Source: Candidatus Oxydemutatoraceae bacterium
GTDB taxonomy: Bacteria > Pseudomonadota > Gammaproteobacteria > Poriferisulfidales > Oxydemutatoraceae
Assembly (NCBI GenBank): GCA_965219575.1
Contig: OZ244779.1
Coordinates: 844,769-908,768 of the forward strand
Reading direction: 5' to 3'
DNA length: 64,000 nucleotides
This document shows positions 1-12,000 of this stretch, one piece after another (positions within the stretch are counted from its first letter, which is position 1; each line of letters starts with the position of its first letter). The position numbers and the translations under genes are program-made. Under the pieces are notes generated by a model that was not told the DNA's origin, did not search any database, and saw only the letters and a program-made list of their open reading frames with translations.

Positions 1-1966
1 TACTTAAAGTGATGCTATCGGAATCGTCGGATACGGTTAGCGTGAATGTGAGGCTACGAGTTGACGCACTCTCGCCGTCCACAAAGTCTAGAGGTATAAA
101 AACGCTTATCGAAGGGTTACTTCCATATAACTGTGGGTAATCAAATGTAGGAAGCTGTTTCCACCTAAAGTCATAATTTCCACCGGCAACAACCAATAGC
201 ATGATCTCGCTATTCTCATCTACCGTGCCGTCTGCGTTTATGTCTATATTATTTCCGGCGCGGAGTTCAATTTCTTCCCTTATCGCAATAGACCGCTTCT
301 CAAAGCGCAGATTATAAATAGAATTGCTATCGCTCACCGTAACGGTTATTGCGGTATTTCCCGATAACGGGATTGTGGTTTCGGTACTGCCGATTGCCGT
401 GCCTATATCGCCGATTGTGATATTTGCCGTAGAATTGTATGCGTTCAGCAGTAGGCTAATGCTTTGCACGCTATCGTCAACCAATACGGTGTAGTCGGTT
501 TCGTCGGAACTAAAGTACGGTATCCATGCCACACCCGGAATATCTATATCTCTCAAACCGGTACCTTGGTTGGGCAATAACGAACCACATTCGGGTGGGT
601 CTATATCCATACGGCGCGGCTGCTTACTACATGTTGACGAGTCTTCATCCGCCGTATATTTGAGAACCGGGTATTGATTAGGCGTGCCGAAATTCCAATC
701 GGCAACACGCCAACCACTATATATACCGGTTGCGTCGTCGGGGAATTTAAGGTCGGAAGCCGATTGCCCTGCGGTATACGAAAGTGTTGATCTTTCACTG
801 CCCGCCCTGCCTATATCGGAGAGTGAGGAATCATTATTTTCCCAATAACTTGCAGTGATTGTCGGTGCCGGCAAATTATGCGTCGACAGGATACCTTCTC
901 GGCTATATCCATTGATAGCGGCTAAACCCCCGAAATCATCATCTTCAAGCCCATCGTTTAGAGTATGGGTAATATGTGTAATAACAGGGTCCGCATAACT
1001 ATTGGTAATCCTATGTCTGTTGGCACCGACCAGCCCACCGCCATCCGCTAAGCTCGAGACTATACCGCGCGCATAGCTGTTAATAATTTCCCCGGCACTA
1101 TTCGCCGGACATCCTATGTGGAAACTAAAACAGTTTTCACCGACCAACCCACCTACGGTGAATTTTCCGGTGACATCGGCGGCTGCATAACTATTAACAA
1201 TCTTGTTGAGATTGGTGCCGACCAACCCACCTACTTTATCTCTTCCTTGCCGGTTGTTCGCCTCCAATGTGCCATCGAAGGTTCCTCCGTTTACGCTTCC
1301 GGAAACATAGCTGTTTATGACTTTTCCGCCGTTTATGCCGACTAGACCACCTACACCTTTGAGGTAATAGATATCGTCGCGTCGCGCATCGGGTCTTGCC
1401 TGTGGCGAATCGTTTTTCTCAATCCTTAGATTTAATAAGCCGACATTTCTAATTACGGCAGTCTGTGAGGTAAAGCCGAATAAACCTACCCCTCTTAGTC
1501 CCCATCCGGTCGCATCCTTATTCTCGATATTTTCCATGTTGATAAACAGGTTGGAAATGGTATAGCCGTTGCCTTCGAATACGCCGCTGAATCCATTTCG
1601 TACTTCTTTTCCCGAGACGCTAACATTAATGCTACCTATCGGTTGCCATCCTCCGTCGGTCCATTGCATTTTGTTTTCAACATTATTTCTGTAATCGGAT
1701 TCTTTTTTGAAGTCTAGGTTTCTTGTCAACTCGTAACCTATACAAACATTTTCCGGGCAACCTTCGGCAGATGTTCCAGTCCCGCTAAGATTATTCCGTA
1801 TCGCATCCACATCTTCTAAATAGCACAGTTCTATCAAACCGTCGTCATCTTGATCGATGTCACTTAACTTACATTGTGTTGGTTGCTCGGTCTGTGCCGC
1901 TGCAGGCGAGCATAGCGCGGTTGCGAGCAAAAAGAACGCTATTAGAGAAGAGGGGTTAAATTTCAT
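1..1966 (-). CDS. Large secreted modular protein, N-terminal part (runs off the left edge); paralog of the 6081-19196 giant protein
   Basis: Absent from the ORF track, consistent with no stop inside the window. Manual translation from ATG at 1966: MKFNPSSLIAFFLLATALCSPAAAQ (signal peptide) then DIDQDDDGLIELCYLEDVDAIRNNLSGT...GCPENVCIGYELTRNLDF, nearly identical to the start of the 4371-aa protein. The same frame reads SLTFTLTVSDDSDSITLS at the window edge. Confidence 0.9.
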   Translation of the reverse strand, partial: MKFNPSSLIAFFLLATALCSPAAAQTEQPTQCKLSDIDQDDDGLIELCYLEDVDAIRNNLSGTGTSAEGCPENVCIGYELTRNLDFKKESDYRNNVENKMQWTDGGWQPIGSINVSVSGKEVRNGFSGVFEGNGYTISNLFINMENIENKDATGWGLRGVGLFGFTSQTAVIRNVGLLNLRIEKNDSPQARPDARRDDIYYLKGVGGLVGINGGKVINSYVSGSVNGGTFDGTLEANNRQGRDKVGGLVGTNLNKIVNSYAAADVTGKFTVGGLVGENCFSFHIGCPANSAGEIINSYARGIVSSLADGGGLVGANRHRITNSYADPVITHITHTLNDGLEDDDFGGLAAINGYSREGILSTHNLPAPTITASYWENNDSSLSDIGRAGSERSTLSYTAGQSASDLKFPDDATGIYSGWRVADWNFGTPNQYPVLKYTADEDSSTCSKQPRRMDIDPPECGSLLPNQGTGLRDIDIPGVAWIPYFSSDETDYTVLVDDSVQSISLLLNAYNSTANITIGDIGTAIGSTETTIPLSGNTAITVTVSDSNSIYNLRFEKRSIAIREEIELRAGNNIDINADGTVDENSEIMLLVVAGGNYDFRWKQLPTFDYPQLYGSNPSISVFIPLDFVDGESASTRSLTFTLTVSDDSDSITLS

Positions 1967-2162
1967 ATTGATGAAAGTTGCCGGAATAATTAAACTAATT
2001 CTATACAAGATTATAACTTTTAGTGTACCTTAAAAATTAATTAATATATGCGAATTTTTGCTTACTATTTACCGTTGTATATCCAAAAATCTTGGGCATA
2101 GCAGAGGGCTTAAAATGGGTATTTAGCTCTTTCCGTGTAGGTTTTTTGTTCTGACACCTCAA

Positions 2163-2363
2163 GCTGTTGAAAAATTATCCACGAACCGTAGGGGCGGACA
2201 TCAAAATTGCCGATTGAACTACTGGCTCAATCGGCGGCTCTATTCTGCCCGTGACGCGTTGGTCGGCACGATTTATACATTCATCCACCCGATTTATGGA
2301 AACCAAAACCATACGGCGCAAAGCGATTGGATTCGTACAAAACGGTACTTTTTCAACAGCCCC
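2163..2363. repeat. MITE-like composite repeat (TIR + REP + 38-bp hairpin unit)
   Basis: GCTGTTGAAAAA...TTTTTCAACAGCCC inverted ends. Inside: GTAGGGGCGGAC arm (2188), GCCGATTGA-N9-TCAATCGGC hairpin (2209-2235), ATTCTGCCC arm and ACGATTTATACATTCATCCA module, all recurring elsewhere in the window. Confidence 0.85.
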
Positions 2364-2476
2364 ATATGTAAACCATATAGCCTGCCGTGTTAAAATCCAT
2401 ACAGAACATCCTCGGTCATGGTGGATGTTCTGTTTTGCAACAGATAAAGATTTTAATTTATTCATTATAAAAACCA

Positions 2477-3979
2477 ATGTCACGGTCTAATAGCGGTTCG
2501 GAGATTGATAGAGTCATACATCGCATGGGTTTGGCGTGCGATTGGCATAAGGATATAGATGCCGAGCTGAAGCAATGCGTCGAGCAGGCTAACGATGTCG
2601 GCAGCGAAGCCGATAGGACCGATCTGAGGAAATTGCCTTTTGTAACCATAGACGGTTCGGATGCCAGGGATTTTGACGATGCGATTTGTTGCGAGGAGAG
2701 CGACGAAGGCATCATCTTATGGGTTGCGATTGCCGATGTTGCGAGTTATATACAAGTCGGTTCCATGCTCGATCGAGAAGCATTCAAACGAGGTAATTCA
2801 ACCTATCTGCCCGACCGTGTATTACCGATGTTGCCGCAGCTGCTGTCGAATGATTTGTGTTCTTTGTTGCCCAAACAGGATCGTCCGGTGATGGCTTGCC
2901 GTATGGTCTTCGACAAGCAAATGCTAATGTCCGATTATCGTTTCAGCAAGGCGATGATTCACTCGCACTGCCGACTGACCTATCAAGAGGTACAAACTTT
3001 TTTTGAAAATGGCTCGCCTATGACTTGTTGTCTCGGCGAGGTGCCGGCAATGCTACGAGTAGCCGAAAAACTCTATAAGGCACTCAGAAAGTTGCGTGAA
3101 GCACGGGGCGCATTGGATTTGGATATTCCGAGAAGGCATTTATGTTTTGACCAAAATCAACGGATCAAATCGGTAATATCGTTGGCAAGAAGCGATGCGC
3201 ACCGTATGATAGAGGAATTTATGATTTGTGCGAACATTGCCGCTGCGCGTCATTTATCGTCGCACGACATGTGTTTTTTGAGCCGCGTGCATGAGGGTAT
3301 CAAGCGCGAGGCCTTGCCTGCATTGGATGATTTCCTGCGTGCTTCGGGCCTCTATTTGAAAGGCACGAAGGTGCCCGACCTTGCGCATTTGATAGAACAA
3401 ACTTCCGAACACAAAAACAAGCAGGTTATACATACGATGATTTTATCATCGCTGCAACGCGCACTCTACGCGTATTCAAAGCAAGGGCATTTCGGGTTGG
3501 CTCTGGAACATTACACGCATTTCACTTCACCGATACGCCGTTATCCGGATTTGTCGGTACACCGTGCGATACACGCAACCTTAGGCTCGGCGAGCGGTCA
3601 TTGCTATGCTAAGGATGAACTTAAATCTCAAGGACAGTATTGCTCGATGACCGAACGACGCTCGGATGAGGTGGTATGGGATATAGAGCAGTATTTTCTA
3701 TGCGAACTGGCACAAACTAAAGTAGGTCGGGTCTATCGCGGTATTGTTACGACGGTTGTAGCTTTCGGCTTGTTTATTGAATTAACCGATTTGCATACCA
3801 GCGGCCTGCTACATATAAAACATCTGGGAAATGATTATTATCAATTCAACGAGGAGCGTCGATATCTAAAAGGTATGCGCAACGGCGACACCTATAAAAT
3901 AGGGGATGTGCTCGATGTTTCAATCAAATCCGCTCGTCCCGACGAGCGCAAAATTGATTTGGTGCCGGCGCATTCCTAA
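2477..3979 (+). CDS. rnr: Ribonuclease R / RNase II family exoribonuclease (RNB + S1, short N-terminus)
   Basis: Motifs FVTIDGSDARDFDDA, IEEFMI, HFGLAL, YTHFTSPIRRYPDL; C-terminal S1 domain (FGLFIEL, GLLHI). Confidence 0.88.
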   Translation: MSRSNSGSEIDRVIHRMGLACDWHKDIDAELKQCVEQANDVGSEADRTDLRKLPFVTIDGSDARDFDDAICCEESDEGIILWVAIADVASYIQVGSMLDREAFKRGNSTYLPDRVLPMLPQLLSNDLCSLLPKQDRPVMACRMVFDKQMLMSDYRFSKAMIHSHCRLTYQEVQTFFENGSPMTCCLGEVPAMLRVAEKLYKALRKLREARGALDLDIPRRHLCFDQNQRIKSVISLARSDAHRMIEEFMICANIAAARHLSSHDMCFLSRVHEGIKREALPALDDFLRASGLYLKGTKVPDLAHLIEQTSEHKNKQVIHTMILSSLQRALYAYSKQGHFGLALEHYTHFTSPIRRYPDLSVHRAIHATLGSASGHCYAKDELKSQGQYCSMTERRSDEVVWDIEQYFLCELAQTKVGRVYRGIVTTVVAFGLFIELTDLHTSGLLHIKHLGNDYYQFNEERRYLKGMRNGDTYKIGDVLDVSIKSARPDERKIDLVPAHS

Positions 3980-4008
3980 ACCCGCAGTCTAAAGGCGAGT
4001 GTATAAAA

Positions 4009-4485
4009 ATGTCCGCATGCGATGAAACCGATATTGCTTTTATGGAGCTTGCTTTAGAACAAGCCGCTATCGCACAAAGCAAAGGCGAGATTCCCGTCGG
4101 TGCGGTGCTGACCTTAAACGACGAAGTCATAGCGAGATGTCACAACAGTCCGATTGCGATGAACGACCCGTCGGCGCATGCAGAAATGCTCGCATTGCGT
4201 GCGGCAGCGCAACACCTATCGAATTATCGCCTGCCCGATACGACACTCTATGTAACGCTGGAACCCTGTGCGATGTGTTTTACGGCAATGGTTCATGCTC
4301 GCATAGAACGCTTGGTGTTCGGTGCGAGCGACCCCAAACAGGGTTCGGTAGGCGGCTCCTTCGATCTTAGAAAAACCTTTACTTTCAATCATCGCTTCGA
4401 AGTCACGAGCGGTGTACTAAAAGTGCGTTGCGGGGTATTATTAATCGACTTCTTTAAGCGAAAACGTGGCTCGCGTATTACATAG
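4009..4485 (+). CDS. tadA: tRNA adenosine(34) deaminase
   Basis: GEIPVGAV, HAE, LYVTLEPCAMC motifs; convergent with mltF as in enterobacteria. Confidence 0.95.
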   Translation: MSACDETDIAFMELALEQAAIAQSKGEIPVGAVLTLNDEVIARCHNSPIAMNDPSAHAEMLALRAAAQHLSNYRLPDTTLYVTLEPCAMCFTAMVHARIERLVFGASDPKQGSVGGSFDLRKTFTFNHRFEVTSGVLKVRCGVLLIDFFKRKRGSRIT

Positions 4486-5971
4486 GCGTTATGATTTCGG
4501 GTTGATCGGCCGGGGGTATGTCGGTGGAAATCGCATCTTCCAGCAAGCTCAATAAAAATTGGTAATTACGAATGTTGTTGATATATGCAACGACATTGTC
4601 GTTCGGTTTGCCGTGCCTTGAATTTTGGTACCACTCCGGTTTTTGCAACAGTTTTAACGAATGGCTTACTTCTATCCACGAGTTTATAGTGGCTCCTCTT
4701 TTACGCGTCAATCTAAAAGCATCCTCTAAGTGTCCGTAGCCTGCCAGGTACGCAGCCAGTGCCATCCATACCCGATCCGGTTCGGGGATTTCGGAATGTA
4801 TTTTGTTTATCAGTTCGTTTAGGTGTTTGCTTCCTCCCATGATGCTTTGATAAGCATCCGAACGATCGTGCACTTCGTAGAGTTGTGCGATTTCTTGAGT
4901 TAACATCATAATGCCTTTTACTCCGGTAGGCGATACCGCCAATGGATCCCAATGCGATTCCTGATATGCGACAGCTGCAAGAAGTTTCCAGTCTAAGTGA
5001 TACCTATCGGCGGCCATTCGGAAATATCTTTCATGTTTTGAGAGTTTTCGGTAAGCCGATTCTATGAATGTCAATTTATCGGCATAGGGGAGTAATTTTA
5101 AGTGTCCCGGGTGCGCCCTCGTAATACGATCGAGTTCTCCGCTCTCTTGCATCTCGGCAAACAAGTCGTTAGCGAGATGGACTAGATGCGTCGAGCTTGC
5201 TTGCGTAGGTTCGCGATTGAATAGCCAAACAATAGGGACTTCTTCGGACACCTCAAAAGCAATTTTGACATAGGGATATAAAAATTGGGTTGCCGAGAGT
5301 TCGTGGGCATCGGCCAGGGTGTAGCGTATCAAACCCAGATTAACCATTTCTATTAATTTATAAGAGGGCGTGTCGGAATGTAAGTACCAAGGGATGTCGT
5401 CGGCATCGTTCAGTTTGATATTTAAGTTCGGATAGGTAGACTCTTTGTCGTGTTCACGGGCGAGTTTTCTCAATAATGCCATATGATTATGGTTTGCGCC
5501 GATATCTATATCCGACAGCGATATTTCGCCGAAACGGGGAGGCTTGGTGTCGGGATAGCGATAAATCATATATTGCTTGCTTCGGTAATAGGGTTTTGAT
5601 ACTCCAAAGTGTTCGGCGTACAGTTGTGTTGCGCCTAAGGCACCGGTAGCCATATCTACTTTCTGTTCTTTTAGCAAGTCGATCGCCTCTGCGGCGGTTG
5701 CAACGGGGATAATCTCAATTTTTGTTTGTATGCGGTTTGCAAAAGACTGCAGAAGTTCGTAATCAAAACCGGTTGCTTGGCCGTCTTGCCGATAATAACT
5801 CGCAGGATTTACTCTGATAGCAGCTTTGATGGTGGCAGAGTTTTCTAAGGCACTCGGATGCCAAGGCGGCATATCGGTGTTAGGGGCATCCTCGCAAGCT
5901 ACCAATGCGAATAAAATAGCGGTATATGTTAAAATCCGGATTGAGGGCATAGCTATTACTATAAACGACAA
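4478..5971 (-). CDS. mltF: Membrane-bound lytic murein transglycosylase F
   Basis: N-terminal solute-binding-like domain (GFDYELL) and SLT domain (LLAAVAYQESHW, SPTGVKGIMMLT); lipobox-like LVAC. Confidence 0.9.
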   Translation of the reverse strand: MSFIVIAMPSIRILTYTAILFALVACEDAPNTDMPPWHPSALENSATIKAAIRVNPASYYRQDGQATGFDYELLQSFANRIQTKIEIIPVATAAEAIDLLKEQKVDMATGALGATQLYAEHFGVSKPYYRSKQYMIYRYPDTKPPRFGEISLSDIDIGANHNHMALLRKLAREHDKESTYPNLNIKLNDADDIPWYLHSDTPSYKLIEMVNLGLIRYTLADAHELSATQFLYPYVKIAFEVSEEVPIVWLFNREPTQASSTHLVHLANDLFAEMQESGELDRITRAHPGHLKLLPYADKLTFIESAYRKLSKHERYFRMAADRYHLDWKLLAAVAYQESHWDPLAVSPTGVKGIMMLTQEIAQLYEVHDRSDAYQSIMGGSKHLNELINKIHSEIPEPDRVWMALAAYLAGYGHLEDAFRLTRKRGATINSWIEVSHSLKLLQKPEWYQNSRHGKPNDNVVAYINNIRNYQFLLSLLEDAISTDIPPADQPEIITPM

Positions 5972-6080
5972 AGTTTAAGTATTATTATATTATGTAGATA
6001 GGAGGAGAATAATCACCATACCGATTTTTATTTATAATAGCTTGATATTCCTCAATATATTCCATCAATAAATCGTATAA

Positions 6081-9000
6081 ATGCAGATAAATTTTAGAAA
6101 ATATGGCTTTCTACTCTGTTTGGGGTTGCTCGCCGTGCAACCGGTTTTTGCACAAGCCCCTTCTTTCGAGATGGCATGTACTACCGAAGACATAGACGAC
6201 GATGACGACGGTTTGATAGAGCTGTGTTATTTAGAAGATGTGGATGCGATACGGAATAATCTTAGCGGCACTAATCTACAACGGTCCGGCGAAACAACAC
6301 TTGACATGGGTTGTCCCGATACCGGATGCAACGGTTATGAATTGGTCAGGGATTTAGACTTTACGACGACGCAAAGTTATGTAGACGGTGTAGTCAACGC
6401 CGATTGGGTGATCAGCGACGAAGATTTTAACAATAATACGAAACTAGGCTGGTCGCCCCTAGGAACCTTTGCTTCTAGTGCCGTTTTTGAAGGTAACGGA
6501 TATCGCATCTCCAATTTGCATATCGATAGAGAAGGCAGTAACGAGGTAGGCTTGTTCGTCGGCAATCGCGGCACCATTCGTAATTTCGGGCTGTCGGAAA
6601 TACGAGTAGAGGGTCGTAATGAGGTTGGTGGTCTAATGGGTAGCAATGCAGGTAGGCTTATGAATGTTTATGTCAACGAGGATAGTTCAGTTACAGCACT
6701 TAACACAGCAGGTCTTTTAGCCGGTAGAAACGAAAGTAGCGGGTTAATCATCAACAGTCATGTGCGTGGTACTGTCTCAGTTCGCCTATCTGAAGTTGGT
6801 GGCATCTGTGCCTACAGTGAAGGCAGAATCATCAATAGCTATGCCGATGCCGATGTTTCAGGGAGAGACTTCTTTGTAGGTGGTCTAGTGGGGGAAATTG
6901 AGGAGGCGGGGTCTGTTATTAACAGTTATGCAGCAGGGACTGTTTCTAATTTCGCTAATCAAAGTAATACAGGTGGTCTTATTGGTGATATTGATGATGC
7001 ACGCGCAAGAGTCAGCAACAGTTATTCCATCACCGAGGTCGGAAGTGTTGCCGGAGGTGGTTTAAGTGGTCAAAACTCCGGATTAGTGCGTAATAGCTAC
7101 TGGGACACCGAGGCGAGCGGAAGAAGCACTTCTAGAGGCGGCAGCGGTCGGACTACTGAGCAGTTGCAGATGCCGACCAATCAAAATGCTGCAATGGGCA
7201 TCTATGCCAGCTGGAGTAGCGACGATTGGGATTTCGGCACCTCTCGGACCTATGCTGCATTGCGCTATGCCGAAGGCGACGACAGCGATAACCCGGCATG
7301 CGATGTAGACCCCGACACGCCACTACCGCCTTGCGGTGCGGTGTTATCCGGTCAAACTATTCGCGATCGGGGTTTGAGTATTTTGTTTTTTGTAATAGAC
7401 GGTGTACAACAAGATAACACCAGAGTATTACGAGATCAACCTTTTTCACCCGCACAGTTCACCTACGATATAAAAATGCCGTCTACGATGATGTTTCAAT
7501 TAAGACCCTACGCTATCAACAGTACCGAGACGATTTCAATTACCAAACAAGGCGATACCGAGAACACCGACTACTTTGACGACAAGAACAGCGGCGAGTT
7601 AAGCGATGACATCATGTTGCAAGCGGCTACGACCGAGACTCTGACGATTACGGCAGGGGATGTCACTTATACATTGAACATAGAGGTGGGTCCGGCGAAT
7701 AGGTTGAGGATTGTGCGCTTTGATAGTATGCCCGGAGCGGGTAATCTCATTGATGAAGGGCAACCGGTCTCGTTGACGATTGGGATTGCCGGTGGTAGCG
7801 GGAACTATGCGTATTTCTTACAACAGGGCGACACGGTGCTTGAGCAGAGGCAAAGCATGAATATGACCGAAACTTTTAATGTCGTTATACCGCCCGACTT
7901 TGTGGCAGCCGACCAAACGACGCAAACTATTGTCTATACGATAACGGTTGTCGGTGAGTTTGAGACAGTACGCGCCGACCTTGCACTCATTGCCGAGAGA
8001 GTCAATAACAGCACCCCGCAACTGAGATTGAATAGAGGCACCGGCTCGTTGGTCGTAGCCCATATTACGGATGACCCGGACGGTGTCGGCACATTTACCT
8101 ATCGGTGGCAACGGCAAATCACCAGCGGTGCTAATTGGACCGATATTCCCGATGCCAACACCGACCGCTATGCATTATCAAGCAATACGACCAGCACCAT
8201 CCGTTATCGTGTGATGGTGGACCATACCGACGGGCAAGGGAATATGTCAAGCTATACGCTAGGTCCGTCGGTTATAGATGTGGATCGCGACGACGACGGT
8301 TTGATAGAAATATATTATTTGGATAATCTGGATGCCATTCGCCACCAGCGCGACGGCAGCGGTTATAGGTCAAGCAGTGGTGCAACCAGAATCACCACCG
8401 GTTGCCCCGACACCGGATGCAACGGTTATGAGTTGGTCGGGGATTTAGACTTTACGACGACGCAAAGTTATATATCGGGTATAGTCAACGACGATTGGGT
8501 GCTTAGCGACGACGATTTTACCGATACTATGAAACCAGGCTGGTCACCCCTAGGAACCTTTGCTTCCACTGCCGTTTTTGAAGGCAACGGATATCGCATT
8601 TCCAATTTGCATATCAATAGAGATAACACTAACAATATTGGCTTGTTTTCAAATAACAACGGTACCATTCGTAATTTCGGGTTGTCGGAAATACGAGTAG
8701 AAGGTCTTTCTGCGGTCGGTGGCCTGGTCGGTAGTAATGAAAGTAGGCTCATGAATGTCTATGTAGATGGGGATAGTTCGGTTACAGTGAGAGGTGGCAG
8801 CATAGGTCTTCTAGCCGGTAGAAACGAAAGTGGCGGGTTAATCATCAACAGTCATGTGCGTGGTACTGCCTCGGGTGTTTCATTTGTTGGTGGTATCTGT
8901 GGCGAAAACAACGGCGCAATTATCAATAGTTATGCCGATGCCGAGGTTTCAGGAACAGGAGTTGGTACGGGTGGTCTAGTGGGGAATATTAACGACGGAT

Positions 9001-12000
9001 TTGTTATCAATAGTTATGCTACAGGCTCTGTTTCCGGTGGTTCATCGAGTTCGGCCGGTCTTATTGGTAGAGTCCTTGATGTACGAGGGATTAGAAATAG
9101 TTATTCAATCGCCACAGTCGCAGCAAGTAACAATGCAGAGGGTTTATTAGCTGGAAACATTATTGGAACAGTGCGTGATAGCTACTGGGACACCGAGACG
9201 AGCGGAAGAAGCACTTCTAGGGGTGGCAGCGGTCGGACTACCGCCCAGTTGCAGATGCCGACCGGTGCCACCGGTATTTATGCCAACTGGAGTAGCGACG
9301 ATTGGGATTTCGGCGATGCATCGAGTTATCCGGCATTGCGCTATGCCGGAGGCGACGACAACAACAACCCGGCATGCGATGTAGCTCCCGACACATCACT
9401 GCCGCCTTGCGGTGCGGTGTTATCCGGTCAGACTATCCGCGACCGGGGTTTGAGTATTCTGTTTTTTGAAGTAGGCGGTGTACAGCTCGATAATGCCAGA
9501 GTATTTCAAGATCAGCCTTTTTCACCGTTGGTGTTTGACTACGATATAACAACCCCCGGTCGCCGCACCGAGATTGCACTACGGCCCTACGCGATTAACG
9601 ACACTGCGACGATTTCGGTTTTGAGAGCATCGGATAACACATCTTATTTTGACGGCAGGCACAGCGGTGATTTAAGTGCCCCCATCGTTTTAGAAGCAGG
9701 CATAGCGGAGGTGTTGCAGCTTAGGACAGATGGATTGACATATAATTTTGATGTGATCAGAGGACCACAATCTCCGGTTGAGATTGTCTCCTTCGCCACG
9801 ACACCTTCTATTGCCACCGTCAACGAAGGCGACGCTATTAGGTTTCAAGCGGTGTTTCGCAACGGTAGCGGCGACTACCGATACTCGCTACAACAACAAG
9901 GCACGGTGATTGCGCAAGGGCAAGACACGACTGCGACTATCACCGTCACCGTACCCGACACCTTTGTGGCAGCCGAGCGGACGACGCAGAATATCGTCTA
10001 TACGATAACGGTTGACGATGGCTTTGACACAACATCTACAGCACTTACGCTGACCGTTAGCAGGGAGGACAACGGTGCGCCGCAACTAGGACTCAATGTC
10101 AGCCCGACCGAATTGCGTATCACTTCCGCTGTGGACGACCCGGACGGTGCCGGATCATTCGGCTTTCAATGGCAGAGGCGGGACGAGGACGATAGTGGTT
10201 GGAGCAATATTTCGGTTAATGATTCTGCTACGGTGCCAAGTACTTCTGTGAGTACGGTGCGCTATCGTGTCATCGTCAATCATACCGACGGGCAGGGATA
10301 CGATACTACCTATCGGATAGGTCCGTTTCCTATTGATGTGGACGGCGACGACGACGGCTTGATAGATGTTTATTATCTGGAGGACTTGGATGCGATCCGC
10401 TATCAACCGGACGGTAGCGGTTATGGTTTGGCAGCCGCAGAGAGCAAAATCACTTCGGGTTGTCCTACGAATACATGCGTCGGCTACGAGTTATTGAGAG
10501 ATCTGGATTTCACGACCACCCAAAGCTATGTGGATGTGATGTCCAATAGAGACGAGTGGACGGTGGATGATCCTGCGGTTGCTACCGATACCGGTTGGTT
10601 GCCGATAGCGACCGTCGATGCCCCGTTCACGAGTCTATTCAACGGCAACAATAACAACATTTCTAATTTGCAGATCAATAGAGATACGGTTGATGATGCA
10701 TCTATCGGATTGTTTGCGGCACTGTCGTCGTCGGCGAGATTGGAAAATGTCGGCATACTGGATGTTGCTATCGGCGGTCGCGGTTCCGTAGGTAGCTTGG
10801 TTGGGCAGAACGAAGGCGTTATTGCCAATAGCTATGCGCAAGGGAAAGTTGAAGGAGCACAACACTGCGTCGGTGGTTTGGTTGCGTTTAATGATGCGAC
10901 CGGCGTGATTATCAACAGCTATGCGAATGTGATGACGACCTCTACCGCCGTGCTATCGGCAGGTGGTTTGGTCGGCAACAACACCGGCACGATAAGAAAC
11001 AGCTATGCGGCAGGTGATGTCGGCGGTGTTTGCGATGTAGGTGGTTTGGTTGCCGAGAACGGCAGCGGAGGTGAAATCGTCAACAGCTATGCTGCGGGCG
11101 CGGTAAGCAGGTCGGGAAGCTGTAGCGATGCCGTCACCCGCACCCGTGCCGGCGGTTTAGTTGCCGATAACGCAGGCTTGATAAGGAATAGTTATGTTCG
11201 CGGGTCTATCTCGGCAGGTGGTGGCACGGCAGGTGGGTTGGTTGCTGTGGGGGCAAGCGGTACGATTGAGTCGAGCTATTGGGATAGTACGGTGAATAGT
11301 GATATTACTGCCGATGACGAGGACGGTATCGCAGCAAGCACCGTTGCGTTGCAAACACCACAGTCGGCGATGGGCATCTATGCCGACTGGAGTAGCGACG
11401 ATTGGGATTTCGGCACTGCAATGCAATATCCGCTGTTAAGATATACCTCGCCGACCGACATCGCTATCGCAGCGGTATGCGATGACGACCTCGATACCGC
11501 ACTACCGCCGTGTGGCAGTGCATTGCTGTCTCAAGCACAGAGCGGATTGAGCAACCTACTCTTTTTTGTCGGCAGTAATGCGGTGGCACCGGAGCCGCCT
11601 TTTTCTCTCTCGGTCTTGTCAGGCTATACGGTCACAGTAGAGAATACAAACACGATTGAATTATTGCCTTATGGCATCAATCCGCTAGGCGAGTCTATTG
11701 CAATCCGCAGAGTAGGAGATGAAACAGCCACCGACTATTTCGAGGGCAAGCGCAGTGGCGAGCGTAGCCTGCCGATCCCGCTTCCGGAGGGCGTATCTAC
11801 TCTAGAAATCGTCGTCGGGACCGACTCCGACGATATGAGTTCGGTCACTTATAGCACCACCGTCACTAACACTGTAAATCGGGTCGTAGTAGAAGAGATC
11901 ATTGCGCCCGACAGGGTGTCCGAAGGGGATGCCATTAATCTAAGTGCAACGGTCACAGGAGGCGCACGCACAGCTTATAGATATCAATGGACTTCAACCC

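Noticed and set aside
601-1345. Small track ORFs 601-798 and 1118-1345
   Set aside because: They lie inside the long minus-strand gene 1-1966 in other frames
2175-2490. Short ORFs over the repeats (also 24063-24553 and 29203-29397)
   Set aside because: Translations of non-coding repeat DNA
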